Program-made: the position numbers and the translations under genes | Shown: in pieces, positions 40,381 through 54,600 of the stretch | Layout of the letters: each line of letters starts with the position of its first letter | How positions within the stretch are numbered: the stretch's first letter is position 1 | Assembly: GCF_009914755.1 (NCBI RefSeq) | Contig: NC_060928.1 | Length of the DNA stretch: 64,000 nt | Strand: one strand, 5' to 3' | DNA from: the human T2T-CHM13v2.0 reference genome, Homo sapiens | The notes under the pieces: generated by a model | Database searches by the model: none | The model's input: only the letters and a program-made list of their open reading frames with translations | What the model was told of the DNA's origin: nothing

Positions 40381-42101
40381 ACTCAGCTGGTTTTGTAGAT
40401 TGTCTTAATTCTTAAGCAAATTAATAGCGGTAATTACATCAGAAGGGGCAGGGTTCAACTATGTTGAAGAGAAAGCTATTTTCAAAAGTTTAGTAGAATA
40501 TATTTGCATCAAATAACTTGTCTAATGATAAAAATAGCTTAGTTTAATAAACTTTCCAGCAATAGGGAAATACTGGGTATCAGTTCTAAATGTTTCCATA
40601 CTTTCAAAATCAACACAATTTTATTTCTTAATAAAATTCTCAAAATCTGATTTCCCACTATTTCTGGTTGTTCTTTCCCTCTTAAGAATCTGGATCATTG
40701 AGGATGTGTTGGATTACAAAGGACTTTTCCTGAAACATAGGGTCCTATCAGTGGCGCCATTCTATAGCATCTTAGGTAGATTAGTATTTTTTTAATAGCC
40801 TAGTGTTCAGGCCTGTAGGCACAGAAGCAGGAGGTACAGCCAAAAACATAACAATCAAGCATTCAAGAGAGAGTAAAAATGCATTCAAGCTCAGTAGACT
40901 TTTCCTCTTCTGATTATTTGGGAAAAAAATGAACACTAGTGAGAGTAAAAAGAAAGGAATGATACACAAGACTCTTCGGATTAATACAATTTGTGTCTTA
41001 TAATTTTCTGTTAAAGGTGCAACTGTGCATTGAATATAAACCCAAATCCTCTGATTTCTAAATTCTTATAGCAAAAAGGCCTCACCCACACACAATTGGC
41101 AGCAGACACAAGAAATACAGATTTCTTTTTGTCAATAAACTTGTCATGGGTGTGGCTGAAGCTTAGAAGATGGGCTAAGCAATCTAGGTGACTGCAGTAA
41201 GGTGGCACATTATGGCAGTCCTAAGTCATGTGAGCCTACTAAGAGGTCCTTGAGGAGGGCTACTGCCAGCTATGAGATAGGAAACAAATAGTAGAATAGA
41301 CCCACGGAGGCTGCTATGTCTCCATAAAAGAGAGACCAAATACAGGGGTGAAAAGTGATTCAGGAAGTGAGGGATTTTAAAAGAAATAATATAATTTATA
41401 TACCTCAATGGTTAGGCCCTTTTTAGAATGTGGTGTCACCATCTGTCCCTTTTGATTGAAGACACATGAAGATATGGTAAACGAGGATAGAGGCCTTGGA
41501 ACCAATTAATCCTGTGGCTTATATCTGAGCCTGGGGTCATTAACCTCTGAGCTGGTGTCCTTAGATGACCCTAGGACTTCCAATCCATTGATTTTCTGCT
41601 ATTCTGTCATGAGGGGTGGCCTTGGGAATCTAGTCTCCTGTCGTTCTGGTCTAATGTTTCTGCAAAGGTACCAAAACAAATTGTCATTTTTTTTGTGAAC
41701 TCCTCTCAATGGCCATGGATGGCTATCATCATCAAGACTCACAGACCACATGAAGCCTCTGAATAAATTCTCTACACATTTTCATATGGAAATGGAGAAG
41801 GGAGCTTGCTTACTGTGCTGTACCAGTGCTGAGTTAATGTTAAATCATATGTTGGGGTTAATTATGAAATTCTCTAATATAGCTCTGTGGTTAGAAAGCT
41901 TGTCAGGCATTTCAGGCATGCAGAGAAAGGGAGTTGGTAATATTTTGGTGTTAATGTTTCAAGAAACATACAACTTGGGGAAATTTGTGGAAAATGAATG
42001 TACTGATGGAAATATTTCACTAACACTTTAATCAGTTGTCCCCTTGTTTTTTTGTTGCACATACCAAGAAAACCTTTGTACCCAAAGCATTTGTACCTTA
42101 C

Positions 42102-42136
42102 CTTATCTGCAATTTCTTCTAGGCTGCTGAGCATCA
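42102..42136 (-). other. Candidate 35-nt internal exon of an unidentified minus-strand transcript
   Basis: Minus strand: branch-like cattaac, long pyrimidine tract ...tgtttttactccag | TGATGCTCAGCAGCCTAGAAGAAATTGCAGATAAG | gtaagg. Confidence 0.5.
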
Positions 42137-42413
42137 CTGGAGTAAAAACAAACAAACAAACAAAAACAAATGGGTTAATGCAACTACAAATTCTCTAATC
42201 GCAGGTTAGTCTTTAAGGTTGCTGGGTAATTATTCTGTGCATTTCTATTCCTATTTCCCTTATGATCTTTGTCAGCTCTTTCTCCCTCACACTAAGGCCC
42301 TCAACTCCTTTTTCATTGTCAACTGTTGGCTTTGTCTCCCAATTCACACACACAAACAAAATAGAGACGGTTAAGGAAACTCATCTCTCCCATTTTTAAA
42401 ATTTCTTTCCTCT

Positions 42414-42824
<411 letters not shown>

Positions 42825-43042
42825 TCATCAGTTACCGCCTCTCTTTAGATTCTCTCTTTATGTCACTGATGTTCTTTAGCCTATAAACATATTTAGTCTC
42901 TCCTACCTTGAAAACAAATGCCTGACCTTTCAACACCTTCTGACTATATATCTATTGCTTTATCTTCACAGTTTTAAAAAGGGTAGTCTTACATCTGCAT
43001 CTCCATTTTTTATATTACTTTCACATCTTTATTTATTGGCTT

Positions 43043-43241
43043 TTTTTTAAATTATACTTTAAGTTCTAGGGTACATGTGCGCAACGTGCAGGTTTGTTAC
43101 ATATGTATACATGTGCCATTTTGGTGTGCTGTACTCATTAACTCGTCATTTACATTAGGTATATCTCCTAATGCTATCCCTTCCCCCTCCCCCAACCCCA
43201 TGACAGGTCCTGGTGTGTGATATTCCCCACCCTGTGTCCAA
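43043..43241 (-). mobile_element. L1PA (PA4-6-like) 3' stub, ~200 bp
   Basis: ttatactttaagttctagggtacatgtg...ccctgtgtccaa; TSD tattggctt(t/c)tt at 43034-43045 and 43242-43253. Confidence 0.93.
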
Positions 43242-45454
43242 TATTGGCTTCTTGTCTCAATATTCCATTAAACCTGCTCTTGGAAATGACTTCATAGTTG
43301 TTAAATTTAAGTGGAAATATTCTCAATCTTTATCCTTTTGATTTTGCAATGTTTGACACAACTGATGTCTTTTCCCTCCTAAAATTTTTTCTTTAGCTTC
43401 CAGAATTCCATGTCTCCTAGGTATTACTAAGTCAGCCTCATGAGCTCTCCTTTCCTACCCATTCTTTATATGTTGCTCTGCCTTCCATGGTTTTGTCTAT
43501 TTAGTCACCTTCTTCTCTCATTCTGCAATTTCTCCTTGGAGGCTTCCTATCAACTTAGATTGCTACCACTAATATAAGTTATTATAGTAATACTATAATA
43601 TTATTATATTAATAGTATATTTTATTAATACTGTATTAATTATAGCTTACATAATATTTCAGAATATTATATTGACATTAACATATTAAAATGTAATTTA
43701 TCTTTCCTTTCTAGTTTTATCTCTTATGCTTTCTTATGTCCAAATATATGCTTCTGTATATCCAGATACCTCTTGGATGCTCCTGTTTGATTGCTGCACC
43801 AGAATACAAACTCAATACATACAAAATTGAACTCATTATGTTTTCCACCAAACCCATATATTTACTCTGTAGAAAGAACCACCATCAGCCCGGTACTCAA
43901 TTCAGAAATCTAAAAATCATCCCTGAATCATTCCTCAAGCTTTCTTTATACCTCATCTTCAGTCATATACAACCAAGTGCTGAGTCCTGTTAGTTATACA
44001 CCTTAAATAAGTTCAATATCTAGCTCTTCATCTCCATTCTCACTGCCATTGTCTTCCTTTAGACTTTAATAATATCTCACTTGAAACACTGCAAATATAG
44101 TGTCTAGGCTGCCAGGCTTACCCTTTTTGTTCACTACCACCTGAGACATCTTCCTGTAATATAAATCTGATTAGATCACCCTTCTGTCCATGTTTTTTCA
44201 GTGCCTCCTATGACCTTCAGGATAAAATTCAAGTATTTTTCCTGCCTTGATCTTGTGTTTGCCTATCTGTCCTGCTACATTTCTTGCTGTTCCCCAATTC
44301 ATATGATGCTGTAGCTTTGCCAAACCATGTATAAATAGTTTTCCTGAAGTCCTGGCTTCGTAAACTTCAGTGTCCTTTTCATGCATTTCTCTATCAGTGC
44401 TGAATGGCCTGCTCAAGCTTTTTTACCTGGAGAAATCTTTTTCATCTTATCAAAACTCAAATTCAATAGCTCTTCTGAGAAGCCTTCCTTGACCCACCTC
44501 CTCTGGGATACAAGTTATTTTCACATGCTTCCCAGTACCCACATGCCTAGACACAACACAGCATTCACCATACTTTATTAAGTATTGACTTATCTTTTTC
44601 ATTATACTGACATCTTCTTTATTACTGATAATAGAAACAGTGACTTATATTGCAGTTACTGAAGATGGATTTGCGCATGAATGAATGTATAAATGAAATA
44701 ACAACATTGTAAAAAGAAATTTTAAAGCTGGGTTGAAATTTAATAATGGATATACAATTTTCAATCATGTCTTAAAAACAACCTGGTTATGAGATGCTTT
44801 TGCTGTATAGTGAAGTAGAATTCTCAACTGTGCAGATTAAAACTCAGGAATATAATTATTTATGAAGGCTGGGATATTTTTCTTTAACATGGTTTCTCTT
44901 AATAAAGGCAGATTTTTAAAATCCGATAAATTCTTATCCCTCAAGATGGCTTATTTATGTGTCATGAGGCCAAGGCAAATCATCTTGAGGGGTTAAGTTT
45001 CAGAAAGTCCTTCAAACACAAATACCACAAGAGCAAAATATCATAATGAAACCTCTATTTCTCTTAACTTTCTGGCCCTGGATAAAGGAAAGTTTTATTG
45101 CTTAATTTTTTTAAAGTTTGGATCGTGGAACATAGTCAAGTATAGGACAGTTTAAATATTTTATTAATTACAACATTCTGCTCTCAATAGTTGAAGACTT
45201 AGCAAGACACTCATACTTTTAGACACCGAGGCACCCAGTTTTGTGAACATTTGATTACCCTGAAAACTTCCTACCCTGGTAGAATGGATTTTACTTTTCA
45301 AAGTAATCTTTACTATCTTTTACAATGAACTCATGCTATTTTCTGTTTATGTGTCAATAATGAATACAGAATGGTTCCAGTAAGTTCCAGATATGAGGGA
45401 AAAACATGAGTAACACAAGAAGAATCTTATTGCAACAAAGAGGGTAAACACTCT

Positions 45455-48400
45455 CCTTACTTCTGCTTATTTTGTTTTTATTTTCTGATTTTTCCATTTT
45501 GGGTGTAAACTTAAGATTGTTTGACACCTGTTATCTTTTCTAATGTAAGCATTCAATGCTATAAATTTTTCTCAAAGCACTGTTTCAGCTATATTCCACA
45601 AATTTTGATATATTTTGTTTTCATTTTAGTTCACTTAAAAATATTTTCTAACTCTTTTGAGACTTCTGCTTTTATCCATGGATCATTCAGGTGTGTTTTT
45701 AAAATTTCCACATATATGGGGGATTTTCTAAATATCTTTGCATATTTGATATTTAGTTTAATTCTTTTTGCTCAGAAAACATTTTACATCACCTCAATTC
45801 TTTTAAATGTGTTAAGATTTTTGTTTGTTTGTTTTGCTTTGTTATAGTACCAGAATGTGGTCCATGTTTTTAAATATTCAATTGCAATTAAAAATGTGTA
45901 TTCTGCTGTTATTGGACAGAATGTTCTATAAATGTCAAATAGGTCAAGTTGATTGATAATGTTCTGGGTTTCATATCCTTGCTGAATTTTTGTCTACTTG
46001 TTCTAATAATTATAGAGAAATAATGTTTATGTTTCCAATTGTAATTATGGATATTTTTCTTTTTTAATTTCCATTCTTATTTACTTCATGTATTTTAAAG
46101 CTCCATTGTTACATGACTACACATTTAGGATTGTACATCTTTATTATGAATGGATCCTTTTATCATTATGTAATATCTCTCTTTATTCCTTCAATCCTGG
46201 TAACTTTCTTTGCTCTGAAGTGAACTTTGATATTAGCACATGAGTTAGTGTTTGTGTGGTGCACATTTTCCTTGTATTTTAAAGCTATCTATATCATAGC
46301 TGTTATGTAAATTTTTATAGACAACATATAGTTGGGTCTTATATTTTATTAATATTGAATCTGACAATCTCTGTCTTTTAATTGGTATGTTTATACCTTT
46401 TACATATTAGGTAATTATTGATAAAATCTGATTTAGGTTTAAATGTTTTCAAAATGTTGTTTTCTGTTTTCCTTGTGTTTTTGCTTATCTGTTCTCCCTT
46501 TCTTGTATTCTTTTTGATTGTTTGAATATTTATATTATTCTATTTTAATCTCTTGAGATCTTTAGTTAAGTCTCCTGTATTTTTTTAGTATTTGTTATAG
46601 AATTTACATTAATCGTACCTAGCTTTTCACAGACTAAGTTAATATTTTACCACCTCTAATAAAATATAAATACCTTTTAATAATTTAGTTCCCTTTTCTC
46701 TTCCTACTTATGTAGTTATAATCGTATTTTATATTAGAACATTGAAAACCCAACCAGACAGTGTTATAAATCTTGCTTTCAACACTCATACATATTTAAA
46801 GACTTTAGGAGGAGAAAATCAATCTATTCAGTTATTTTCCATTTCTGTTGCTGTTCTCTCATTCTTAAAGTTCTAGCTGTTCTCTCATTCTTAAAGTTCT
46901 ATGTTTTTCTCTAGTATCATTTTCCTTCAGCCTGCCTGAAGAACTCTCTTCAGCTTTCTTTTCAGAGCAGGACTGGTGGCTATGGATTCTCTTTGTTTCC
47001 TTTATTTTCAATCTTGTTTTCTTTCTGTCCTTCAGATTGGACAAATTTCTAATGATTTCTGTTGATGCTCACTTACTTTTTCCTCTGTCATCTTCATTTG
47101 GCCCTTGAGCCAATCCAGTATAATTTTTATTTCAGATATTGTGGTTTTTTCGTTCTCAAATTTTCATTTGGTACTTTTTATAATTTATACTTCTCTAAGA
47201 AAAGCTTCTGTCTTTTATTCACTTCAATAGTATTTAACATTCCATCAATGTGCATAGTTGTAATAGTTGTTTTGAAATGTTTGTCTGATAATTCCAACAC
47301 TTTGTATCATCCTGATGTTGATATCTGTTAATTTTCTTTTCCTCTAAAACTGATCACATTTTCATTCTTTTTTGTATGTCAGATAAATTTGAATTATACC
47401 ATGGACATTTTGACCATTCTGTTGTGAAATTTTGGTACAGTTAACACGTTCAGGTTACTGTTGTTGTTTTACACGAGTAGGTGACATAGTTGGGATCTAT
47501 TTCTCTGCCCAATTCTCATGTCTAACTGTAACCTCAAGGCTGGAGGTAGGGTCTGGTGGAAGCTGATTGTATCATGAGGGTGGTTTGTCATGACCAGCTT
47601 AGCACCATCTGGTACTGTCCTTGTGATGGTGAGTGAGTTCTTATGAGATCTGGTTGTTTAAAGTGTGTGGCACCTCCCCTCTTGCTCTCTCTTGCTCCTG
47701 CTCCTGCCTTGTGCGATGCCTTCTTCCCTCTGTGTCTTCTACCTTGATTGGAAGCTTCCTGAGGCCTTCTCAGAAGCAGAAGCCACTATGCTTCCTGTAC
47801 AGCCTGCAGAACTGTGAGCCAATTAAACTTCTTTTCTTTATAAATTATACAGTCACAGGTATTTCTTTATAGCCATGTGAGAATGGACTAATACAGCAGG
47901 CAATCATCCCATTTAGGTGTTGGTCTCAAGTCTGATCTTTTTTTGCAGATGATGGTCCTAGTGTGTGTTCAGTTTACTCTTTGGGTCTGTCCGATGCCTG
48001 AGCTACTCAAGGGCTAATTTGGGACTTGGGAAGTGGTTCATGAGTAGTTAAGCCTTCAAAGTTTTTGTTTTGCTGTTCTGGGTCAATTCTGCACATGCAT
48101 CTTTCAGAGGTTAGTGTTGGACTTGGAAGGTGGCTTATCTTGTAGTTCAGTTCTCAGCACCTTTGCTACGCTCTTTTGTATCTGTTCTGTACATGTGCAG
48201 ATTGGTGGTGAGCCCTGGACTTATGTCACCTCATGCACAGAATTATCTCCACTCTAATATTTTCCCTCACATTCTCTAGCTTCCAGAGGCTCATTTTCTT
48301 CATCTTCTGGCCAAATACACAGGTTTTCTCTTAGAGTTTTTGGTGCCTGTCTGATGTTGCTGCTACAGTTGCAGCAGTACAGCTTCATGACTGGAGTTGA

Positions 48401-48540
48401 CCTCAGGGCAGTACCAGGAGTAATAAAAGATTTAAAAGACAGAGAGGAACAAATGAGTGTCACATCATTTAAGTTATTGCAATCTCTATACAGTTATAAT
48501 TTTAGAGAACAGAAATTTCTGCAGGTTATGTTTTTATTAT
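45455..48540 (-). mobile_element. Old L1M (ORF2 5' part, ORF1 and 5' region), interrupted by MSTA
   Basis: aagcattcaatgctataaattt...tattctgctgttattggacagaatgttctataaatgtc...aatctgacaatctctgtcttttaattgg; the 47900-48540 part is less certain. Confidence 0.7.
47482..47895 (+). mobile_element. MSTA (MaLR) solo LTR
   Basis: tgacatagttggg...gtttaaagtgtgtggcacctcccc...gccaattaaacttcttttc...ggactaataca; 5-bp TSD gtagg / gcagg. Confidence 0.92.
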
Positions 48541-49996
48541 CTGCACCAACACAAATGCCTAGCAATGATGTGAAACCTTTCTGGTAGCTGACTCTGCAAA
48601 TCTTTTATCCTGAATTTGTATCAACTTCAGATGGGCTACTTGTGTAATCTCTGGTTTCTGTATTAAAGAAGAAGGGCGTAGCTATTTTCTTTATTTAAAA
48701 TCTTCCTTATCATTGTTTTGTGGCCTAGTATTTTACTTATGCAAAATGCTTTGGAATCATTTTTTTGTGCAAATTAGGTTAGGTAATAATTTGCTGAGTA
48801 AGTAAAAGCTTCTAGGTTTATAGTATTGAAGAATGGCATATAAATGTTGAGATAAACTTGCAGAAATATCATGTGTTCTATCTGCTTTTGTGGTACATCA
48901 GTGATAGTAAAGGAGTCACTGTATTCTGGTCTCTTGATGGTTGCAGGTGTAACTTAGAAGGTCTGAGTACAAAACATCACATTTTTATTTTATAAGTTGA
49001 CTGATCCTAAAAATTTGGACAACAATTTAGTTATGTGTATTAGACCATGACTTGTTAAGCTCTTTGTAATTTATGCAGAAATATTCAACTGACTATAAAA
49101 TGTTTGGGGAGAAATTTGATAATCTAAATCCTACAAAAAAAATGCACTTTTTTGAGTTACTTTCTATTTTAGCACTTCCAAAATTTAAATATTGTGGAAT
49201 ACAGAACCAATTTTATAATGCAAAAAAAAGTTAGACAAAGTTAAAAACCTGAAATGTTATTTTATAATCAAATTTCAAAGAATGCTTTTGTTCTATATTT
49301 TAAAATAAGTCTCAACTCCAATTCTAATTTCAATTTGATTCAGGCAAGCAAATTTAAAGGCAAAAGAATTAGGAACTAATTTATTTCTTCCTGTGTGGGG
49401 GAAACAGTTACGGCAAAGGCAGATGATCTGAAGTTTAATGGGTAAGAGGTAAGAAGGAAGATACATTTTTTGCCAATTCTTATTTCGCCATCTACTCCTT
49501 TCATCTTTCTCATCTCCAACAGCACTTTTAAAAAACTCCAAACTCAGATGCTTCTTGCTTCCATCTGAGATCACAACAAGAAACTCATAGTTTTTCCTAT
49601 CCCGAATTCTTTCTGCAAACCCTGTCATTAGGTGTCATTCCAACATGAAAAACTCCTAGTCACTCCTTTTTGCCCATAACATAAATTCAAATCTGATCTG
49701 ACCATTTTTATTTAATTTTACTTCTCACAATCTCAATCATTAAATTATTTCTTCAACCAGGCCTATACCTCTCTCTGCTTTGAATACACTATGATACTCA
49801 TTTCACAACGCCCAGCCTTTGTTCACCTGAATTATTTGTCTCCTTTTTTCCCATGTAGCCAAATCAGTCCCATCTTGATCTTCCTTTTCTCTGAGCAACT
49901 TTAACATGTAACTATAGATTACCTTACACTGGAATTAATTTGTTGTTTTTGTCATTATTTTTTGTGTTTTAATTCTTTCACTTGGGGGAAGGTTAC

Positions 49997-50299
49997 TTTT
50001 TTTTTTTTTTTTTGACAGAGTCTAGATTCTCCCCCTGTCACCCTGGCTGGAGTGCAGTAGTGCAGATCTCGGCTCACTGCAGCCTCTGCCTTCTGGGTTT
50101 CAGCAATTATTGTGCCTCAGCCTCCAAAGTAGCTGGGACTACAGGTGTTCACCACCGTGCCTGGCTAATTTTTGTATTTTTAGTAGAGACAGATTTTACC
50201 ATGTTGGCCAGGCTGGTCTTGAACTCCTGGCCTCAAGTGATCCACTCACCTCAGCCTCCCAAAGTGCTGGGATTGTAGGTGTGAGCCACTACGCCCAAC
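49997..50299 (-). mobile_element. Alu (AluSx/Sz-like)
   Basis: Antisense dimeric Alu with poly(T); TSD not clear. Confidence 0.93.
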
Positions 50300-51244
50300 T
50301 GTGTTTTACATTTCTTAGAGTTTCCTTACAGTTCTATGAAGCCTGGGAAAAGTGACAGACAGAGATTTTAAGACACACTGGTTTCAGTCTTCGCTGGTTC
50401 TAGGTCACAGCTGCCTTAAATTCTTTTTAGAAGTCAGTAAAAACAAAGAATAATACAATAAGGAAATAAAGGAAGGAGAGCACAAGAAGACAAGAAGAAA
50501 GGAAGAAAGAAAAGACAATCCTACTTTGTATTTTGGAGATTGGCTAAGGATGACTCAAGAGTTCTGTGGGAGTTTTGTCTTTTTACTAGGATTCCTATGG
50601 AAAGGCCAGTTTTCCGTGTGAATTCAACCTTGTATCTAGCAAGGGGCTCTAGTCAAGTAGGTGTCGTCTCTGCTTACATTGAAAATTCTATTAAACAGAT
50701 CATCTGGAAAGTCATGTAAGCCCTCATGAGGGCTTACATGACAAGATGAATTAATTATGGTATTAATTTATATCTTGCCCTAAAGTAATTAAGGTATCTT
50801 TAAAAGATGTATTAAATATAACAAAGCAACAAATTGTAATCAATTGAGAAAATATCGCAAGAAGCAAAACGGAGGTAGGGACCTCTCTGTGCAGGTAAGC
50901 TACTGCATAATCCTCTGTCTCTCATGCTTACCCTTTAGTCGTTCCTGTATAGCTGTTTTTTCTCATTATCCCTCTGCAGGGCATCAGTACGACATAGTGG
51001 CCATCAACAATAACTGCACAGTCCTCGTAAGCATTGCTCCTCATTACCTTTCAAGTGAATAAAAAACAATACCTGCATGGTCAGTTTCCTTTGATGTTTT
51101 ATCTGAGTAACAACCGGTTGTGCTGCCACCTTGTATCAGGAGATGCCCATGGATTAAATACTTCTCAGGATGGGGTCTTCCTTGCCATACCAGTCCTCAA
51201 AACCCATTTTACCATCTGCTTTCTCAGTCAACTCCCAATGCCAA

Positions 51245-51712
51245 CTAGACCAGTATCATCATCTGAGAAGCAAGCACCCAAGACAGGACTTGACACCCAA
51301 GAAGTTTCCTGGAGAGGTGACTGAGGAGGATGAAGGGGAGGAAGCAGGCCTAGGCGGGAGAGCCTCCAGCCTTTAATGCAGGCCTGGCACCTGTGGAAAG
51401 AGAGCAGGAAAAAGGGAGGATTGGGCAGGAAGAGTCCAGGACTGTGGCACTGTTTTAAGAAAGTTTGGCCAAGCTGAAGGAGAGGCTGACCTCTTCGGTC
51501 AAAGCTGCCCATTAGAGGAGTCCCTCATCTCACAGAAATGAACTTGGACCTGAATTAATACCTGTCTCCCCAACAATGTAACCTGGGAGAGGCATGGCCT
51601 CAGCACCAGTGCTGCAGCGGGATTCAAAAGAGTTGCAGGTGAAATGTCAGTCCATTGTGCTCCCCATAGCAGCGCATTTTAAAGACCCCCGCAGGTGGTA
51701 AGGCCCGTCTCA
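51245..51712 (-). mobile_element. ERVL LTR (LTR16A family)
   Basis: tctgagaagcaagcacccaagacaggac...acctgtggaaag...ggattgggcaggaagag...cccattagaggagtcc; antisense homolog of the LTR at 10499-11075. Confidence 0.7.
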
Positions 51713-51886
51713 TGGGTACATCATCGCTGGCCTAAAGATTCTTTATGTATTTGAGTCTGGTGACAGTTGAACAGTCAGGATAATGAAAGTTTGTGTGTTG
51801 TTTTAGTTTTCTACAAATAGGTCAATATTACCTTTTGTGGCCTGGTTAATATATGTCACTGAATGCTAATGTCAAGTATGTCAATT

Positions 51887-52184
51887 TGTGTGTGTGTGTG
51901 TCTGGCAGATTCTCTCTCTGTTGCCCAGGCTAGAGTGCAGTGGCTCAATCTCAGCTCCCTGAAATCTCCACATCCTCGGTTCAAGTGATTCTCCTGCCTC
52001 AACCTCCAGAGTAGCTAGGACTACAGGTGTGCGCCACAACACCTGTCTAATTTTTGTATTTTTAGTAGAGATGGGGTTTTGCCATGTTGCTCGGGTTTGT
52101 CTCAAGCTCCTACCCTCAAGAGATCCTTCTGCCTTGGCCTCCCAAAGTCCTCGGGTTACAGGCATGAGACATTGCGCCTGGACC
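51887..52184 (-). mobile_element. Alu (AluS-type) with (CA)n tail
   Basis: Antisense Alu; TSD aagtatgtcaatt (51874-51886) / aagtatgtttatt (52186-52198). Confidence 0.93.
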
Positions 52185-54339
52185 TAAGTATGTTTATTTA
52201 TTACCAACAGATTATCTCAGACAAGATGTGAGCCATTTTAAGGTTCAACATCCATCTGTTTATCCATCTATCAATCTATTTATCTAAAATTTGTAGTTAC
52301 TCATAATATATACATACATATTTTAATGAAAGAAAAAATAATGCAACATAAATTTTTATTAGATACTATAAAATTTATAAAATAATTTCTTTTTGTTTGA
52401 TAACATCAGACATCATAATCAGGTTTCTGTGACATTAATCAGTAGCCTGATATTTCTGCCTTTGAAGTTCCATAGATTTGTTATAATTGCATTGACTACT
52501 TTTCTAAATAAATTAACTGATTAATTAAAAATGTATGAGAAAAATATTCATGACATAACTTTCCCAAATATTTACATGCTACTTCTGTGTTCTGCTTTTA
52601 GAATCAGTATTTTTTTAGAAGTGGAAAACTGCTGTGACTTAAGATTTCTGTACCACAAAATGGCAACTCCCACTGGATATTTAAGATCAGCAAAGAGGAT
52701 CTCATGTTTCAATGTTCACTTTATTCTTGTGTCCATATGAAATTGCAAGGACATTTAGGGGATTTCAAATACAGAATTAATCAAAGTAAAATAATAGTAA
52801 CTTCTCTAAAGCTGTGACAGAAAGAGAGTGCATTATGTAATAGAAATATAACAGGCCATTTTAATTTTAAAGCACAAGCTTGGAGAAGTTAAAGAGTGGG
52901 AAATGAAAAAATAGCTTCCCCCTTCCGTTATTTGCCATGTGGTAAGAAATAAATGCCAGAGAATTAGAAAGAAAAGCAGGATTATTGTAAACTATAGAAA
53001 CAAGGAGGATGAAATTAACCTGCAGACATAGGTTGCAACTGAATAATATGAATAGGAAGGCAGAGCTTTGCCTAAAAGTCAATGCTGTTTCTCACTCAAA
53101 ACTGCTGAGAATAAAGAGCTAGAAACAGAATTAGAAGATAGCATAAACAAAATTCAAGATGTTTCCTGGGGAAGCTGGTCCAATATGAGAACCAAACAAT
53201 TTAAAGGTGATTATTCAAACTGTGGTCAAGGTCATCTGAAGCAATAATTAGATGTCAGAAGCATGAGCTCTTTTTGCAAAGAAACCAAATAAGTGAATTA
53301 GTGGGATATGAACACTGGTTAGCCAGAACAGTGAGAATGTGCAACAGAGCTCTTTATTCTTGGGAATAGGACCAACTCAGAGATGGAGTCTACCTTCTCT
53401 GATGATATACCTACCAGATGTTATAAATCCATTAGGGGAAGGACCATGTATATTCATGTTTCTCTCCCCCTTCCTATCCTGACTTCTAGTTCAGTACTGG
53501 ATACAGAGTAAATAATACTGAAATATCTGTTTAAACAAATGTGAAAAATGTTGGGAGAATTAACGAGAAGGATCTAATCTATCTTTTTATTTGGCAGATG
53601 AAGAACGTGAATGGTTTGTCTTTGAGTAACTTTCTTGTGGTCACATGATAAGTCTTAGAAGTATTAGAGAACAATATTTTTCATTTCTAAAAGGAAATGA
53701 GGTGGTAATTTTGGTTGAAATAAAAGGGACGTCTTTTCATGGTTGTGTGGCGTACTTACTAAACATTCCCATACCTATAGGACTTTTTATAAGCAAATAA
53801 ACTAGGTATTAGCATGAAGTTGTTTACATCTGAAACAAATAAGAGCGTCCATTACATTTTAGTATTTATTAGCAACGTTTCTTGAATGATTTCTTACAAA
53901 AGGGAAATATCAGTGAATAAATAATGTGAAATGCAAAGAAAATATATTTTATTAAAATTTTTTGTTGAAAATCAATTCAGGATATGAAAACTTTATTATA
54001 GAGTATATTGTCTCCTTCAACTTGCCTAGAATTAGATTTGATATCCATGTGTATTAGTTTATATTTGTTAATTATTAGAACTTAATGACATTCTTCTGTA
54101 ATAATATTAGAAGCTCTCATTTTGATGTCAGCACTTTCAGGCTTACTTTATTTTTAGCTCTCTTTATTAAGCAAGAATTGAACTAATCCTTCAAATTATT
54201 TCCTTCTTTCTATGGCTGTATACTCATTGCTAATAAGAGGTTTTTCCCCTGTAGACATGTCCGAATTTAGATAATATGTTGTTACAATTATACAGGCATA
54301 TTACATATTGGACAAATATGACTGAACATGGAAAAGGAG

Positions 54340-54600
54340 TTATCATTTATGTATACTAAGCAGTATATGCTTATATTTATGCATACTGTGTGGCATGCTT
54401 TGTCCTGGGTTCTTTACATACATAATTGCATTTACTCTCGACAACAGCTTTTAGAAGTCAGTGTGATTATCTTCATTTTATAGATGAAGAAACTGGGGCT
54501 GAGATAAAGTAAAAAGTTGCTTAGGATCACATGTCTTGGGAGTGACAGAGCCCGTGTCAAAAGGTCTTTCTGATTCCCTAGACTATATTTCTTTCACTAG
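54340..54600 (-). mobile_element. MIR
   Basis: tattttacat-like segment and the core cattttatagatgaagaaactggggctgaga...ggatcacatg...agtgacagagcc. Confidence 0.75.

Noticed and set aside
40620-40750. Minus-strand terminal exon candidate (EKSFVIQHILNDPDS* with AATAAA at 40620-40625)
   Set aside because: The acceptor has a weak pyrimidine tract, and AATAAA is common in AT-rich DNA.
43571-43700. AT-rich palindromes (also 59455-59530)
   Set aside because: Near-pure A/T low complexity makes short inverted repeats expected by chance.
53754-53790. 15-nt minus-strand microexon ending at gtaagt
   Set aside because: There is no pyrimidine tract upstream of the AG.
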